DNA of 59,763 nt, filler included, from an uncultured Methanosarcinales archaeon (lineage in GTDB: Archaea; Nanobdellota; Nanobdellia; Woesearchaeales; CAYSVS01), in the NCBI GenBank assembly GCA_964589485.1. It is 3 parts of 3 records of this genome, joined end to end, with 100 filler letters (N's around TTAATTAATTAA, not from the genome) between each part and the next. Parts side by side here need not be neighbours in the genome. Positions count along the whole stretch, not along the records: positions 30,887 to 55,237 come from CAZPRK010000016.1; positions 55,338 to 59,763 come from CAZPRK010000023.1; 1 more part is not named here. The stretch is one strand, 5' to 3'. The position numbers and the translations under genes are program-made. Positions within the stretch are counted from its first letter, which is position 1. Each line of letters starts with the position of its first letter. The notes beneath the pieces were generated by a model that was given only the letters and a program-made list of their open reading frames with translations, was not told the DNA's origin and searched no databases. This document shows positions 51,026 to 59,763 of this stretch, in pieces.

Positions 51026-51583
51026 AGTTTGAAATAACCCCATATAAACTTTAAATCCATCAAACCCAGGAATTGGTAACATATTAAATATAAACAAAAA
51101 CTTATTTACTTGCATTGTCATTTGCAACATATGATAATGTTTTTTATGAAATAAATTCTTCTTAATTGCTATATACGAAAATAACCAAAATAAAGCATTT
51201 ACTCCTGGCCCTGCAAAAGCAATTAATGCAAAACCTGCTGCAGATAAAGTACCAACTATAGACACAAATGCCGGTACAAAGAAAATAATTCCAGTGTTTA
51301 ATGCTGCTAAAACTAACCCTAAGAAAAGCCAAGTATATGCAGCATGAAACTCAGCAACAGCCCCAAAACCTAAAGCAACAAATTTATGTCCTAGTTCATG
51401 AAAAATAATTGCAGGAGCTGCTATTATTACTGCTTTTTTAAATAAATCTAAATTAAATCCACTATGCTTAAGTGGATCATAATTCATAAATCCATGACTT
51501 CTTTCTAATACTTTATAAAAAATAAATCCAACTATAATAGACATAAATAACATATCAAAAATTTCTCTAGGGTTAAAAAGCAT
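51017..51583 (-). CDS. M50 (site-2) metallopeptidase
   Basis: HELGH, AGPGVN and FNMLPIPGFDG motifs. Confidence 0.9.
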   Translation of the reverse strand: MLFNPREIFDMLFMSIIVGFIFYKVLERSHGFMNYDPLKHSGFNLDLFKKAVIIAAPAIIFHELGHKFVALGFGAVAEFHAAYTWLFLGLVLAALNTGIIFFVPAFVSIVGTLSAAGFALIAFAGPGVNALFWLFSYIAIKKNLFHKKHYHMLQMTMQVNKFLFIFNMLPIPGFDGFKVYMGLFQTLF

Positions 51584-51680
51584 AATTTAACTTAAGTTCA
51601 TGTGAATATTTAAAATTATTGTTTTTGGGTTAATTTTAAATACTTTTAATTTTTTGAGCGAAATAAGGAGTTGATGTATT

Positions 51681-52112
51681 ATGAAAATTAAGAATGGAAA
51701 TACAGTAGAAGTCAGATACACAGGTACTTTAGAAGATGGTAATGTGTTCGATTCAAATGAAGATAAAGAAGTTTTAAAATTCGAAGTTGGTAAAGGAATG
51801 GTCATAAAAGGGTTTGATGATGCTTTAATAGATATGGAAGTTAACCAAGAAAAAGAAGTTAAAATTAAATCAGAAGATGCATATGGAGAAAGAAAAGAAG
51901 AATTAGTTCATAAAGTCCCTAGAGAAAAAATTGAAAATAACAACATCAAATTAGAAGTGGGAGCAACTTTAGCATTACAAGCTCCAACTGGACAAGTTTT
52001 TAATGCTTTGATTGTAGAATTAACAGATACTGAAGTTACAATTGACATGAATCATCCTTTAGCGGGTAAAAATCTAAACTTTAAGATCAAAGTAGAGAAA
52101 ATCGGGAACTAA
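51681..52112 (+). CDS. slyD: FKBP-type PPIase (SlyD-like)
   Basis: YTGTLEDG.VFDS, AYGER and DMNHPLAGKNLNF motifs. Confidence 0.93.
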   Translation: MKIKNGNTVEVRYTGTLEDGNVFDSNEDKEVLKFEVGKGMVIKGFDDALIDMEVNQEKEVKIKSEDAYGERKEELVHKVPREKIENNNIKLEVGATLALQAPTGQVFNALIVELTDTEVTIDMNHPLAGKNLNFKIKVEKIGN

Positions 52113-52174
52113 TTTAGGTTATGCACAACTAAGAATAATAAATATTATATATTAAATTACTATATATTTATTAT

Positions 52175-52522
52175 ATGGCTGACTTAATTGCATGTTTATC
52201 TACAGGGAAAGGTACTTGGGGACATGTTAAACGAGTCATTGAAGAAAAAGATTGGGATAACATTTATGTTATAACAAATCAATTCGGAAGCGACAAATTC
52301 GAAACATCAAAATCATTTTCTAAAATAATAATTGATCCAATGCTTTCTATAATTGATATGTCTAAACAAATCCAAGAAAATATAAAATTTAATGATGAAA
52401 TTTTTATAAATATTATTTCAGGAAGTGGAAAAGAACATATGGCATTAATCTCTGCAATTCTTAAAATAAAAAAAGAATATAAATTGATTGCATTAACAAA
52501 AGAAGGCATTATTGAAGTATGA
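52175..52522 (+). CDS. Hypothetical protein, possible stand-alone CARF-like fold
   Basis: LIACLSTGKGTW...INIISGSGKEHMAL pattern. Confidence 0.55.
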   Translation: MADLIACLSTGKGTWGHVKRVIEEKDWDNIYVITNQFGSDKFETSKSFSKIIIDPMLSIIDMSKQIQENIKFNDEIFINIISGSGKEHMALISAILKIKKEYKLIALTKEGIIEV

Positions 52523-52878
52523 AAATACAAAAATTAGAGAAAGGATATGTTATTGAATCACCAGATGTTCTTAATGATATAAGTAAAGCTATAAACAAGC
52601 ATTATAATGATGGAAATGAACAAATATTCAAAGTAAGTAAAAATCATAGAGGAAAAAATCATTTTTTTAACATTGGTTTTAAAGGTAAAACTCCACATAA
52701 ATCAATAAAAATAACCAATGTAAGAGACGCTTCAATAACAAAAGATACAAGTGAACACGACTATAGCATAGCTGGACATTACTCAAGAGAACATGTAGAA
52801 AGAGCTACTCTATATCTTAACAGATTTAATAAAAAAGAAGAAAAAGAATTAATAGATGAACTTAATGGGAAACCTTAA
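52519..52878 (+). CDS. Hypothetical protein
   Basis: 119 aa, ATGA overlap with the upstream gene. Confidence 0.6.
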   Translation: MKIQKLEKGYVIESPDVLNDISKAINKHYNDGNEQIFKVSKNHRGKNHFFNIGFKGKTPHKSIKITNVRDASITKDTSEHDYSIAGHYSREHVERATLYLNRFNKKEEKELIDELNGKP

Positions 52879-53459
52879 TTTTTACTTACATAAATTCTAT
52901 AGCCTGACTTTTTAGCTATTACTTCAACATTTCCAAAAACTTCTTTCATTTTATCCATGATAACTTTTCCACCTTTTTGATGCCTAAAAACAATTTGTAA
53001 CAATCCTTCTTTCTTTAAATGTTTTTTACTTTTTTCAATTATTTGAAAAGAAATATTTCTTCCTGCAACATAAGGAGGATTAACTAAAATAGTATTAAAT
53101 TTACCTTTAATTTTTTCAAATAAATCACTTCTAATTACAATTACATTATCTAAATCATTTGAATTTTCTTTTGCCAACAATATAGCTCTCTTATTCACAT
53201 CCAACATTGTTACTTTACATTTTGGAAATAAACTTGCTACCACTATTCCAATTACACCATATCCACATCCTAAATCTAAAACATCCCATTTATCTTCAAT
53301 TATACATTTATCAGATAATAATAATGTACCCTTATCGACTTTTTTTACAGAAAAAACTCCTGAACCAGTTACAAAAGTAAAATCATGTTCCCGTATTAAA
53401 GCGGTAATCTCTTCCTTAAAAAATTTACTATTTTGATCAGAATCATAATAATGTGACAT
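52875..53459 (-). CDS. RsmC-like small methyltransferase
   Basis: SGVFS..VDKGT, LDLGCGYG and NPPY motifs. Confidence 0.9.
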   Translation of the reverse strand: MSHYYDSDQNSKFFKEEITALIREHDFTFVTGSGVFSVKKVDKGTLLLSDKCIIEDKWDVLDLGCGYGVIGIVVASLFPKCKVTMLDVNKRAILLAKENSNDLDNVIVIRSDLFEKIKGKFNTILVNPPYVAGRNISFQIIEKSKKHLKKEGLLQIVFRHQKGGKVIMDKMKEVFGNVEVIAKKSGYRIYVSKN

Positions 53460-53460
53460 T

Positions 53461-54102
53461 TTATTTCATTATACCGTACCATTGATAAATTAATCTATCT
53501 GTACTTCTAACCAAATCTTCACCTTTTCCTTCAATTGTAAGACAAGAACTATTCAATGTAATTTGTGTAGTATTACTAGATTTAAGGTAAATAACTGCAT
53601 CTTCACTATCACATGTAACTATAGGCCTAGTACTGCAAGCATCTGTTTCATTCACTGTACATGCAGCTTGAGGAAATATATCCATTGCAGTTGCAAGATT
53701 TAAACTTAATTCAGCTGCAGATAGTGCAACATAAGCTAACTCTTCACCTAAAGGATCAAATGTGATGTAATAGTTTTTTGCAGTATTAAATTTAGTTTGA
53801 TTCATCGTTCCAGTAATAGATATATCTTCAACTTCTCTAGGGTTAAAATGTAAAGGAATTTTAAACACTTGATCGTTCATTTGATATTCAGTATGCCACA
53901 TATTTCCTATTTTAATAAAAACAAATCCATTATACATAAAATTAGTTTCACTTTCTTTTCCATCTAAAGTTTCTTTTATTTTATCCCCAACTGTAACTGA
54001 TTCTTTTTTTTCTTGTATAAACTTACCAAAATAAATTAAACCAAAAATAATTAAAATTACAATTCCAGCTGATAATAAAATAGTCTTTATATCTTTATCC
54101 AT
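53461..54102 (-). CDS. Membrane-anchored hypothetical protein (paralog of neighbour)
   Basis: N-terminal TM, YNGFVF, ITFDP, PIVTC and DRLIY. Confidence 0.7.
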   Translation of the reverse strand: MDKDIKTILLSAGIVILIIFGLIYFGKFIQEKKESVTVGDKIKETLDGKESETNFMYNGFVFIKIGNMWHTEYQMNDQVFKIPLHFNPREVEDISITGTMNQTKFNTAKNYYITFDPLGEELAYVALSAAELSLNLATAMDIFPQAACTVNETDACSTRPIVTCDSEDAVIYLKSSNTTQITLNSSCLTIEGKGEDLVRSTDRLIYQWYGIMK

Positions 54103-54705
54103 CTAAATCACATTATAAACAGCGTATAAAAATCTATCTTTTAATCGTAAAAAGTCATATGAATTAGCTCCTTCTACTAAAATACAACCATTTTCTTCGC
54201 TAATTCTAGTATAATTTGCAGATTTAAAATATACAACAGGCATTTGAGTGCTTGTTTCATTACAAGTTATTATAGGTAATTCAAATTCATTTTGTGAAGA
54301 CATTCCTGTAGATACAAAAACATTCTTACCTTCCCTTAAATTCTGAATCATATTAAATTGAGTAACTGCAATATCTTGAACATTTTCATCATCTGGATCA
54401 TAAGTAAACTGAAAAGCATTTGCATTAAATAAAACATTATTAGAGATATTAATATCATTTACTTGATTTGGAAGATAATTAAAAAACATTTGCTTACCGT
54501 TTATTTTACTCTTCCAATAATGAGATTCCTGTGTAAATTCAAACCCGTTAATATTTTCAATTTCTCCAGAATCATGAAAACTTACAAATCCTGCTAAACT
54601 TAAAATCATTAATGCCATAATAAAATATCCCATTGCTTTTACAGATTTACTTTTTTCATTTTTTATTACTGATTTCTTTTTTGCATTCTTTTTGAATTTT
54701 CTCAT
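54103..54705 (-). CDS. Membrane-anchored hypothetical protein (paralog of neighbour)
   Basis: N-terminal TM, INGFEF, FTYDP, PIITC and DRFLY. Confidence 0.7.
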   Translation of the reverse strand: MRKFKKNAKKKSVIKNEKSKSVKAMGYFIMALMILSLAGFVSFHDSGEIENINGFEFTQESHYWKSKINGKQMFFNYLPNQVNDINISNNVLFNANAFQFTYDPDDENVQDIAVTQFNMIQNLREGKNVFVSTGMSSQNEFELPIITCNETSTQMPVVYFKSANYTRISEENGCILVEGANSYDFLRLKDRFLYAVYNVI

Positions 54706-54762
54706 ATTGTTAATAATTTTAGAACAAAGGTTTATAAATTTTATGGATATATGATAATATAA

Positions 54763-54978
54763 ATGGAATACAGCTTAGATCATCCAACCAATCATCATGG
54801 CAAAATTGACACTATAGATGAAGTTACAATTTCTAGAGTTTATTTTCTTAAACAAAAAGAATTTTTATTAGAATTTCAAAGAAGAATACGTAATATGTCT
54901 CCAGAAATACACGATGAACTATTAAATAAATTAAATAATCAAGAGTCTATACCGTTTGAAAATGATTTTAATTATTAG
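54763..54978 (+). CDS. Hypothetical protein
   Basis: 71-aa ORF downstream of TTTATAAA. Confidence 0.45.
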   Translation: MEYSLDHPTNHHGKIDTIDEVTISRVYFLKQKEFLLEFQRRIRNMSPEIHDELLNKLNNQESIPFENDFNY

Positions 54979-55237
54979 ATTTGCTTCTTCTTTAGAGTTT
55001 TATCTTAACCAAGCAATACAATTTAAAGGCAATTAAACAAACATCTTTATAAACCATCATAAGTTTCGAAAAAGCATGAAATGGTTAAAACTTATTCCTT
55101 CTATTTTGTTTAACAACCCATATAATCAAGGTAGAGTAATCGATTCGTTGTATGAAATTAACCCAAAAAGTGATTTCTTATGTAACCCAAGTTTGACAGT
55201 TAAATAGAAAAGTGTCCTAAGTTTGTTTTAGGTTATG

Positions 55238-55337
55238 NNNNNNNNNNNNNNNNNNNNNNNNNNNNNNNNNNNNNNNNNNNNTTAATTAATTAANNNNNNN
55301 NNNNNNNNNNNNNNNNNNNNNNNNNNNNNNNNNNNNN
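55238..55337. other. Artificial contig linker
   Basis: N-run + TTAATTAATTAA + N-run, 100 nt. Confidence 0.97.
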
Positions 55338-55460
55338 GTTCAGTTTGAAAGATGGAACCATGCTCATGGATGTAGAAAATGGTTTAATATGGTTCGGAAC
55401 ACTTCTAACGATAAAATTGAAGCCGTATATAAAATGGGTGAAAAACCGCCTGAAAAATAA
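55338..55460 (+). CDS. soxD: Sarcosine oxidase delta subunit, 3' fragment
   Basis: ERWNHAHGCRKWFNMVRNT, truncated by the contig end. Confidence 0.88.
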   Translation, partial: VQFERWNHAHGCRKWFNMVRNTSNDKIEAVYKMGEKPPEK

Positions 55461-55462
55461 AT

Positions 55463-58400
55463 ATGTCTAAAGAATTAAGAGTTAATAATAAAAATTTTGT
55501 CGATCAAACTAATATAATTTCATTTAAATTTAATGATCAAACTTTACATGGATTTAAAGGTGATACTCTTGCTTCTGCTTTATTAGCAAACAATATTCAT
55601 CTTATTGGTAGAAGCTTTAAATATCATCGTCCGAGAGGAATAATGACATGTGGTTCTGAAGAACCTAATGCCATTGTTCAAGTTGGAAACGATACTTCAT
55701 TAACAGAGCCCAATACAAGAGCTACTGAAATTGAATTATATGAAGGTTTAGAGGCATCAAGTCAAAATTGCTGGCCAAGTGTTAATTTTGATATTGGTGC
55801 AATAAATAACTTATTCTCTCCACTTATTCCTGCAGCCTTCTATTATAAAACATTCATGTGGCCTGTTAGTTTTTGGGAAAAATATGAATACTTCATAAGA
55901 AAATCAGCAGGCTTAGGTAAATCACCTACTGAACCTGATAAAGATATTTATGATCATAGACATATGCACTGTGACGTATTAGTTGTTGGTGGAGGAATAT
56001 CTGGAATGATTGCTGCTAAAACAGCAGCTAAGAATAACTTAAATACAGTTCTACTCGATGATAAAAATAATCTAGGTGGAACTACTCTTTTTCAAAATAA
56101 TGAATGTTTTAAAATAAATAACTTTTATTCAAATGAATGGTTAAGAAAAGAAATTGAAAATGTAAATTCTATTAAAAACCTAACTGTAAAAACTAGAACA
56201 ACACTAGCTGCTTATCATAGTTACAATTATCTTTTAGCTAGAGAAAATTTAACTGACCACTTAAGTTTAAATGAAAAAAAAGATAAAATTCGTCAAAGAC
56301 TTTGGAAGATTAGAGCAAAAAAAGTAATCATAGCTACAGGTGCAATGGAAAGGCCGTTAATTTTCAATAATAATGATAGACCGGGAATTATTCTGTCATC
56401 TTCTATTAAAAAATACTTAGATTATTACGGTGTCAAATGTGGTCAAAAAATATCATTATTTACAAACAATGACACGGCCTATGAAACGGCTATCTCTTTA
56501 AATGAAAGTGGTGTTACAGTTAATTCGGTAATTGACATAAGAAATAAATCCAATTCATTAATAGTCAAACAAGCTGAAAAATTGGGTATAAAAATTTATT
56601 GGAACCATACGGTTGTTAATACAAATGGTTATAAAAGAATTAATTCAATTGAATTAATGCAACTATCTGAAGATAGTACTGGAGTAGTAGGAAATAAAAT
56701 AAAAGAAGAATGCGATTGCTTAGGTATTTCTGGAGGCTGGACTCCAAGAGTGCATTTATTCACACAATCAGGAGGTAAACTAAAATTTAGAGATAAAGAT
56801 AATGTTTTCATAAATGATAAATCTTCTTCAGATCAAATAAGCATAGGATCTTGCAATGGTGATTTTGATTTGAATGATGTGATTAATAATTCTAATAATC
56901 TGATTAAAGAATTTTTAAATATAAATAATTCAGACTATGAAAATTTAAAAATCGATTGTTCTAAAGAATTAGATAAAAAAAATATTTGGCTTCTTCCATC
57001 AGATAAGCCCTTGGGAAAAACTAAGCCATTTTTAGATTTTCAAAACGATTCAACTGCAAAAGATGTGAAATTAGCTTTAAGAGAAGGTTTTAAATCAATT
57101 GAACATGTCAAAAGATATACAACAACTGGCATGGGCACCGATCAAGGAAAACTCTCAAATATGCATGCTCTAGGAATTATTGCCGAAACAGCTGGAGTTA
57201 AAATGGGTGAATTAGGAACAACTACATTTAGACCTCCTTATACGCCTTTAACTTTTGGAGCGATTGTTGGGAGAAATGTTGGTGAATTTTTTGATATTAC
57301 AAGAAAAACTCCTATGCACAATTGGCACGTTGAACATAAAGCTGAATTTGAAAATGTAGGTCAATGGAAGAGAGCTTGGTATTATCCTAGAGAAGGTGAA
57401 AATATGGATAAAGCCGTTCAAAGAGAAAGTAAAGCAGCAAGAGAAAGTGCTGGTATTTTAGATGCTTCAACTCTTGGTAAGATAGATATTCAAGGTACTG
57501 ATGCTTCAGAATTTTTAGATAGGGTTTACACAAATGCTTGGTCAAAATTAGACATTGGAAAATGTAAATATGGGCTTATGCTTAATGAGGATGGAATGGT
57601 TTATGACGACGGTGTTACAACAAAGTTAGATGAAAATCATTACATAATGACTACGACTACAGGAGGCGCAGCAAATGTTCTTTCTAAACTAGAAGATTAT
57701 TTGCAAACAGAATGGCCAGAACTAGATGTTTATTTAACTTCGGTTACTGATCATTACGCAACAGTAAGCATCTGTGGACCTAATTCTAAGAAAATTATTT
57801 CAAAAGTAATTCCTGATTTAGATTTATCAGATAAAGAATTTTCTCATATGTCTTTTAAAAACGCAGTAATTGATAATGTCAAATGTAGAGTTATGAAAAT
57901 TAGTTTTACTGGTGAACATAGTTATGAAATTAATATTCAATCTTCATATGGTAAATCTGTTTGGGAAAAATGTTATGAAGCAGGGAAAGAGTTTAACATT
58001 ACACCTTATGGAACTGAAACAATGCACTTACTTAGAGCAGAAAAAGGATTTATTATTGCAGGTCAAGATACTGACGGAACTATGACTCCAGTTGACTTAC
58101 AGATGAATTGGATAATAAGTAAAAAGAAATATGATTTTATTGGTAAGAGATCTTTGTACAGAAGCGATACAATTAGAGAAGATAGAAAACAACTAGTTGG
58201 TTTATTAACAGATGATCCTAAAGAAGTTTTAGAAGAGGGATCTCAAATAGTTTCTGAAACTAATAGAAAACCTATTGAAATGCTTGGTCATGTAACTTCT
58301 AGTTATTTTAGTCCAAATCTAAATAAATCAATTGCTCTAGCTGTAGTAAAAAATGGCAAAAAATTAAAAGGTCAAAAAATGTTTGTACCAATGAGCGATA

Positions 58401-58468
58401 AAATAATCGAAGTAACTATAACAGATACTGTTTTTTTAGATAAAGAAAATAAAAGGCTAAATGCTTAA
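55463..58468 (+). CDS. soxA: Sarcosine oxidase alpha subunit
   Basis: GDTLASALLAN, RSFKYHRPRG, HVKRYTTTGMGTDQGK and a GcvT-like C-terminal half. Confidence 0.96.
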   Translation: MSKELRVNNKNFVDQTNIISFKFNDQTLHGFKGDTLASALLANNIHLIGRSFKYHRPRGIMTCGSEEPNAIVQVGNDTSLTEPNTRATEIELYEGLEASSQNCWPSVNFDIGAINNLFSPLIPAAFYYKTFMWPVSFWEKYEYFIRKSAGLGKSPTEPDKDIYDHRHMHCDVLVVGGGISGMIAAKTAAKNNLNTVLLDDKNNLGGTTLFQNNECFKINNFYSNEWLRKEIENVNSIKNLTVKTRTTLAAYHSYNYLLARENLTDHLSLNEKKDKIRQRLWKIRAKKVIIATGAMERPLIFNNNDRPGIILSSSIKKYLDYYGVKCGQKISLFTNNDTAYETAISLNESGVTVNSVIDIRNKSNSLIVKQAEKLGIKIYWNHTVVNTNGYKRINSIELMQLSEDSTGVVGNKIKEECDCLGISGGWTPRVHLFTQSGGKLKFRDKDNVFINDKSSSDQISIGSCNGDFDLNDVINNSNNLIKEFLNINNSDYENLKIDCSKELDKKNIWLLPSDKPLGKTKPFLDFQNDSTAKDVKLALREGFKSIEHVKRYTTTGMGTDQGKLSNMHALGIIAETAGVKMGELGTTTFRPPYTPLTFGAIVGRNVGEFFDITRKTPMHNWHVEHKAEFENVGQWKRAWYYPREGENMDKAVQRESKAARESAGILDASTLGKIDIQGTDASEFLDRVYTNAWSKLDIGKCKYGLMLNEDGMVYDDGVTTKLDENHYIMTTTTGGAANVLSKLEDYLQTEWPELDVYLTSVTDHYATVSICGPNSKKIISKVIPDLDLSDKEFSHMSFKNAVIDNVKCRVMKISFTGEHSYEINIQSSYGKSVWEKCYEAGKEFNITPYGTETMHLLRAEKGFIIAGQDTDGTMTPVDLQMNWIISKKKYDFIGKRSLYRSDTIREDRKQLVGLLTDDPKEVLEEGSQIVSETNRKPIEMLGHVTSSYFSPNLNKSIALAVVKNGKKLKGQKMFVPMSDKIIEVTITDTVFLDKENKRLNA

Positions 58469-59021
58469 TTATAATTCACCTATTAACGATAGCAAAGAAT
58501 ACAACAACCTTAAAATTTCAGAGGTTGAATCAACTTTTAAAATAAATTTAAGAGGTAAAAAAAGAGAATTTATAACAAATATTGGTAAGATTCTTTCAAT
58601 AATACCTCCTGTTGAACCAAATACCTCATCTCAAAATAAAGAATTAAATCTACTTTGGCTAAGTCCAGATGAGTGGATGCTTTACTCTAATGAATTAATG
58701 GAAAAAAATAACGATGATAAAGTTGAAACTGAACTAATTAATTCTATATCAAAACTTAATTATGGTTCAGTAACCAATGTAACTGATCAATGGGTCATGA
58801 TTAATATAAAAGGAGATAATGTATACGAATTACTTTCGTCTTCTTGTCCGTTTAATTTTACGAGTTTTAAATCTAAAAAAGGATCTGTTGTCCAAACAAT
58901 CGTCAATCATGTAGACGTTATTGTCCATAATAAAAACAATAATGACTTAAATTTATTTGTTAGAAGGTCTTTTTCAAATCATCTATGGTCATGGCTTAAC
59001 GACAGCTCTAGATTTATCTAA
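58461..59021 (+). CDS. soxG: Sarcosine oxidase gamma subunit
   Basis: INLRG, WLSPDEW and VRRSF motifs, overlaps the soxA end. Confidence 0.92.
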   Translation: MLNYNSPINDSKEYNNLKISEVESTFKINLRGKKREFITNIGKILSIIPPVEPNTSSQNKELNLLWLSPDEWMLYSNELMEKNNDDKVETELINSISKLNYGSVTNVTDQWVMINIKGDNVYELLSSSCPFNFTSFKSKKGSVVQTIVNHVDVIVHNKNNNDLNLFVRRSFSNHLWSWLNDSSRFI

Positions 59022-59763
59022 TTGATTTCTTAAATAATAAAGAACAATTGATAAATAAATTAAAGAGTAGGTCCAATTGAATATTACCCACAGCCAAAAG
59101 AAAGTATTAAAGTCAGCATTATAATATTTTGCTAAATAAAAAACTGAAATAGGTATAAGCAAATTTCTAAAAACATTGGAAATCATAGCGTTTTCAGATT
59201 TTTTTAAAGACATAAAAAATCCATTTGAAATAAAAAATAGTGGATATGCCGGAAGTACAATTGCAGAAATTCTTAAATATCTTTTTCCATAATCAATAAC
59301 TTCTGGATTAGATGAAAATAAACTTGTTACAATATCTGCTAGAAGAAATACTAATATTGCAGCAAAAAACATTATCGTAAGTGCATATTTTATTGCTGTA
59401 AAAAAAGTTTCTCTTATTCTATCAAAATTCATAGCTCCATAATTTTGAGCTATAATAGAAATAATAGCTGTGTTTATGCCTAATACTGGTAGAAATAATA
59501 TCTGTTCAAATCTTGATGCAGCTCCATATCCAGCAGTTGCATATTCACCTTCTTGACCTACATAAACAAAAACAATTGCGCTAGCGAATGAATATGCGCA
59601 AATAGATACAATTATTGGCATTGATTGAAAAAAGATATTTTTAAAATATATAAATTTCAGTAAAAAATATTCTTTAGTTAAGTTTTTAATTCGATTATTT
59701 TTTAAAATTTTTATTAATATAATTATAAAAGAAAATAATTGAGATATTAGTGTTGCTACACCT
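58989..59763 (-). CDS. MATE family efflux transporter (5' part outside window)
   Basis: The frame stays open to the window edge (GVATLISQ...). AGYGAASRFEQ and IIAQNYGA motifs. Confidence 0.88.
   Translation of the reverse strand, partial: GVATLISQLFSFIIILIKILKNNRIKNLTKEYFLLKFIYFKNIFFQSMPIIVSICAYSFASAIVFVYVGQEGEYATAGYGAASRFEQILFLPVLGINTAIISIIAQNYGAMNFDRIRETFFTAIKYALTIMFFAAILVFLLADIVTSLFSSNPEVIDYGKRYLRISAIVLPAYPLFFISNGFFMSLKKSENAMISNVFRNLLIPISVFYLAKYYNADFNTFFWLWVIFNWTYSLIYLSIVLYYLRNQLDKSRAVVKP

Noticed and set aside
55338..59021. sox operon as a horizontally acquired island in the archaeon
   Set aside because: It is separated by a contig linker and begins mid-gene, so there is no evidence of physical continuity.

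Overview
Positions 1-55237 are an AT-rich archaeal chromosome segment, most consistent with a DPANN lineage such as Woesearchaeota. Evidence is an archaeal 16S/23S, archaeal TPI, ProRS, Lhr, ZPR1 and TrmB, mixed with bacterial-type GAPDH, class II FBA, MetK and AsnB. It contains an oxidative-stress/DNA-repair cluster, glycolysis genes, a 16S-tRNA(Ala)-23S operon and five tRNAs. The 23S carries a 718-nt group I intron at the L1931 site that encodes a LAGLIDADG homing endonuclease. Three tRNAs carry BHB-type introns: a two-intron tRNA-Leu(UAA), a T-loop intron in tRNA-Ala, and an intron in the rare tRNA-Ile(UAU). Several genes are missing from the ORF track: a Cys/Trp-repeat surface protein with a homopolymer frameshift in its signal peptide, four tightly coupled micro-ORFs upstream of nth-ogg, a minimal histone, eL41/eS32 and a small Zn-finger protein. 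A RelA/SpoT-like nucleotidyltransferase lies between a DHH phosphoesterase and a NUDIX hydrolase. Two artificial N-TTAATTAATTAA-N linkers join contigs. After the second linker (55338-59763) the DNA is an alphaproteobacterial, Pelagibacter-like soxD-soxA-soxG + MATE contig, probably from a different organism. All calls come from manual reading and motif recognition; no searches were run.
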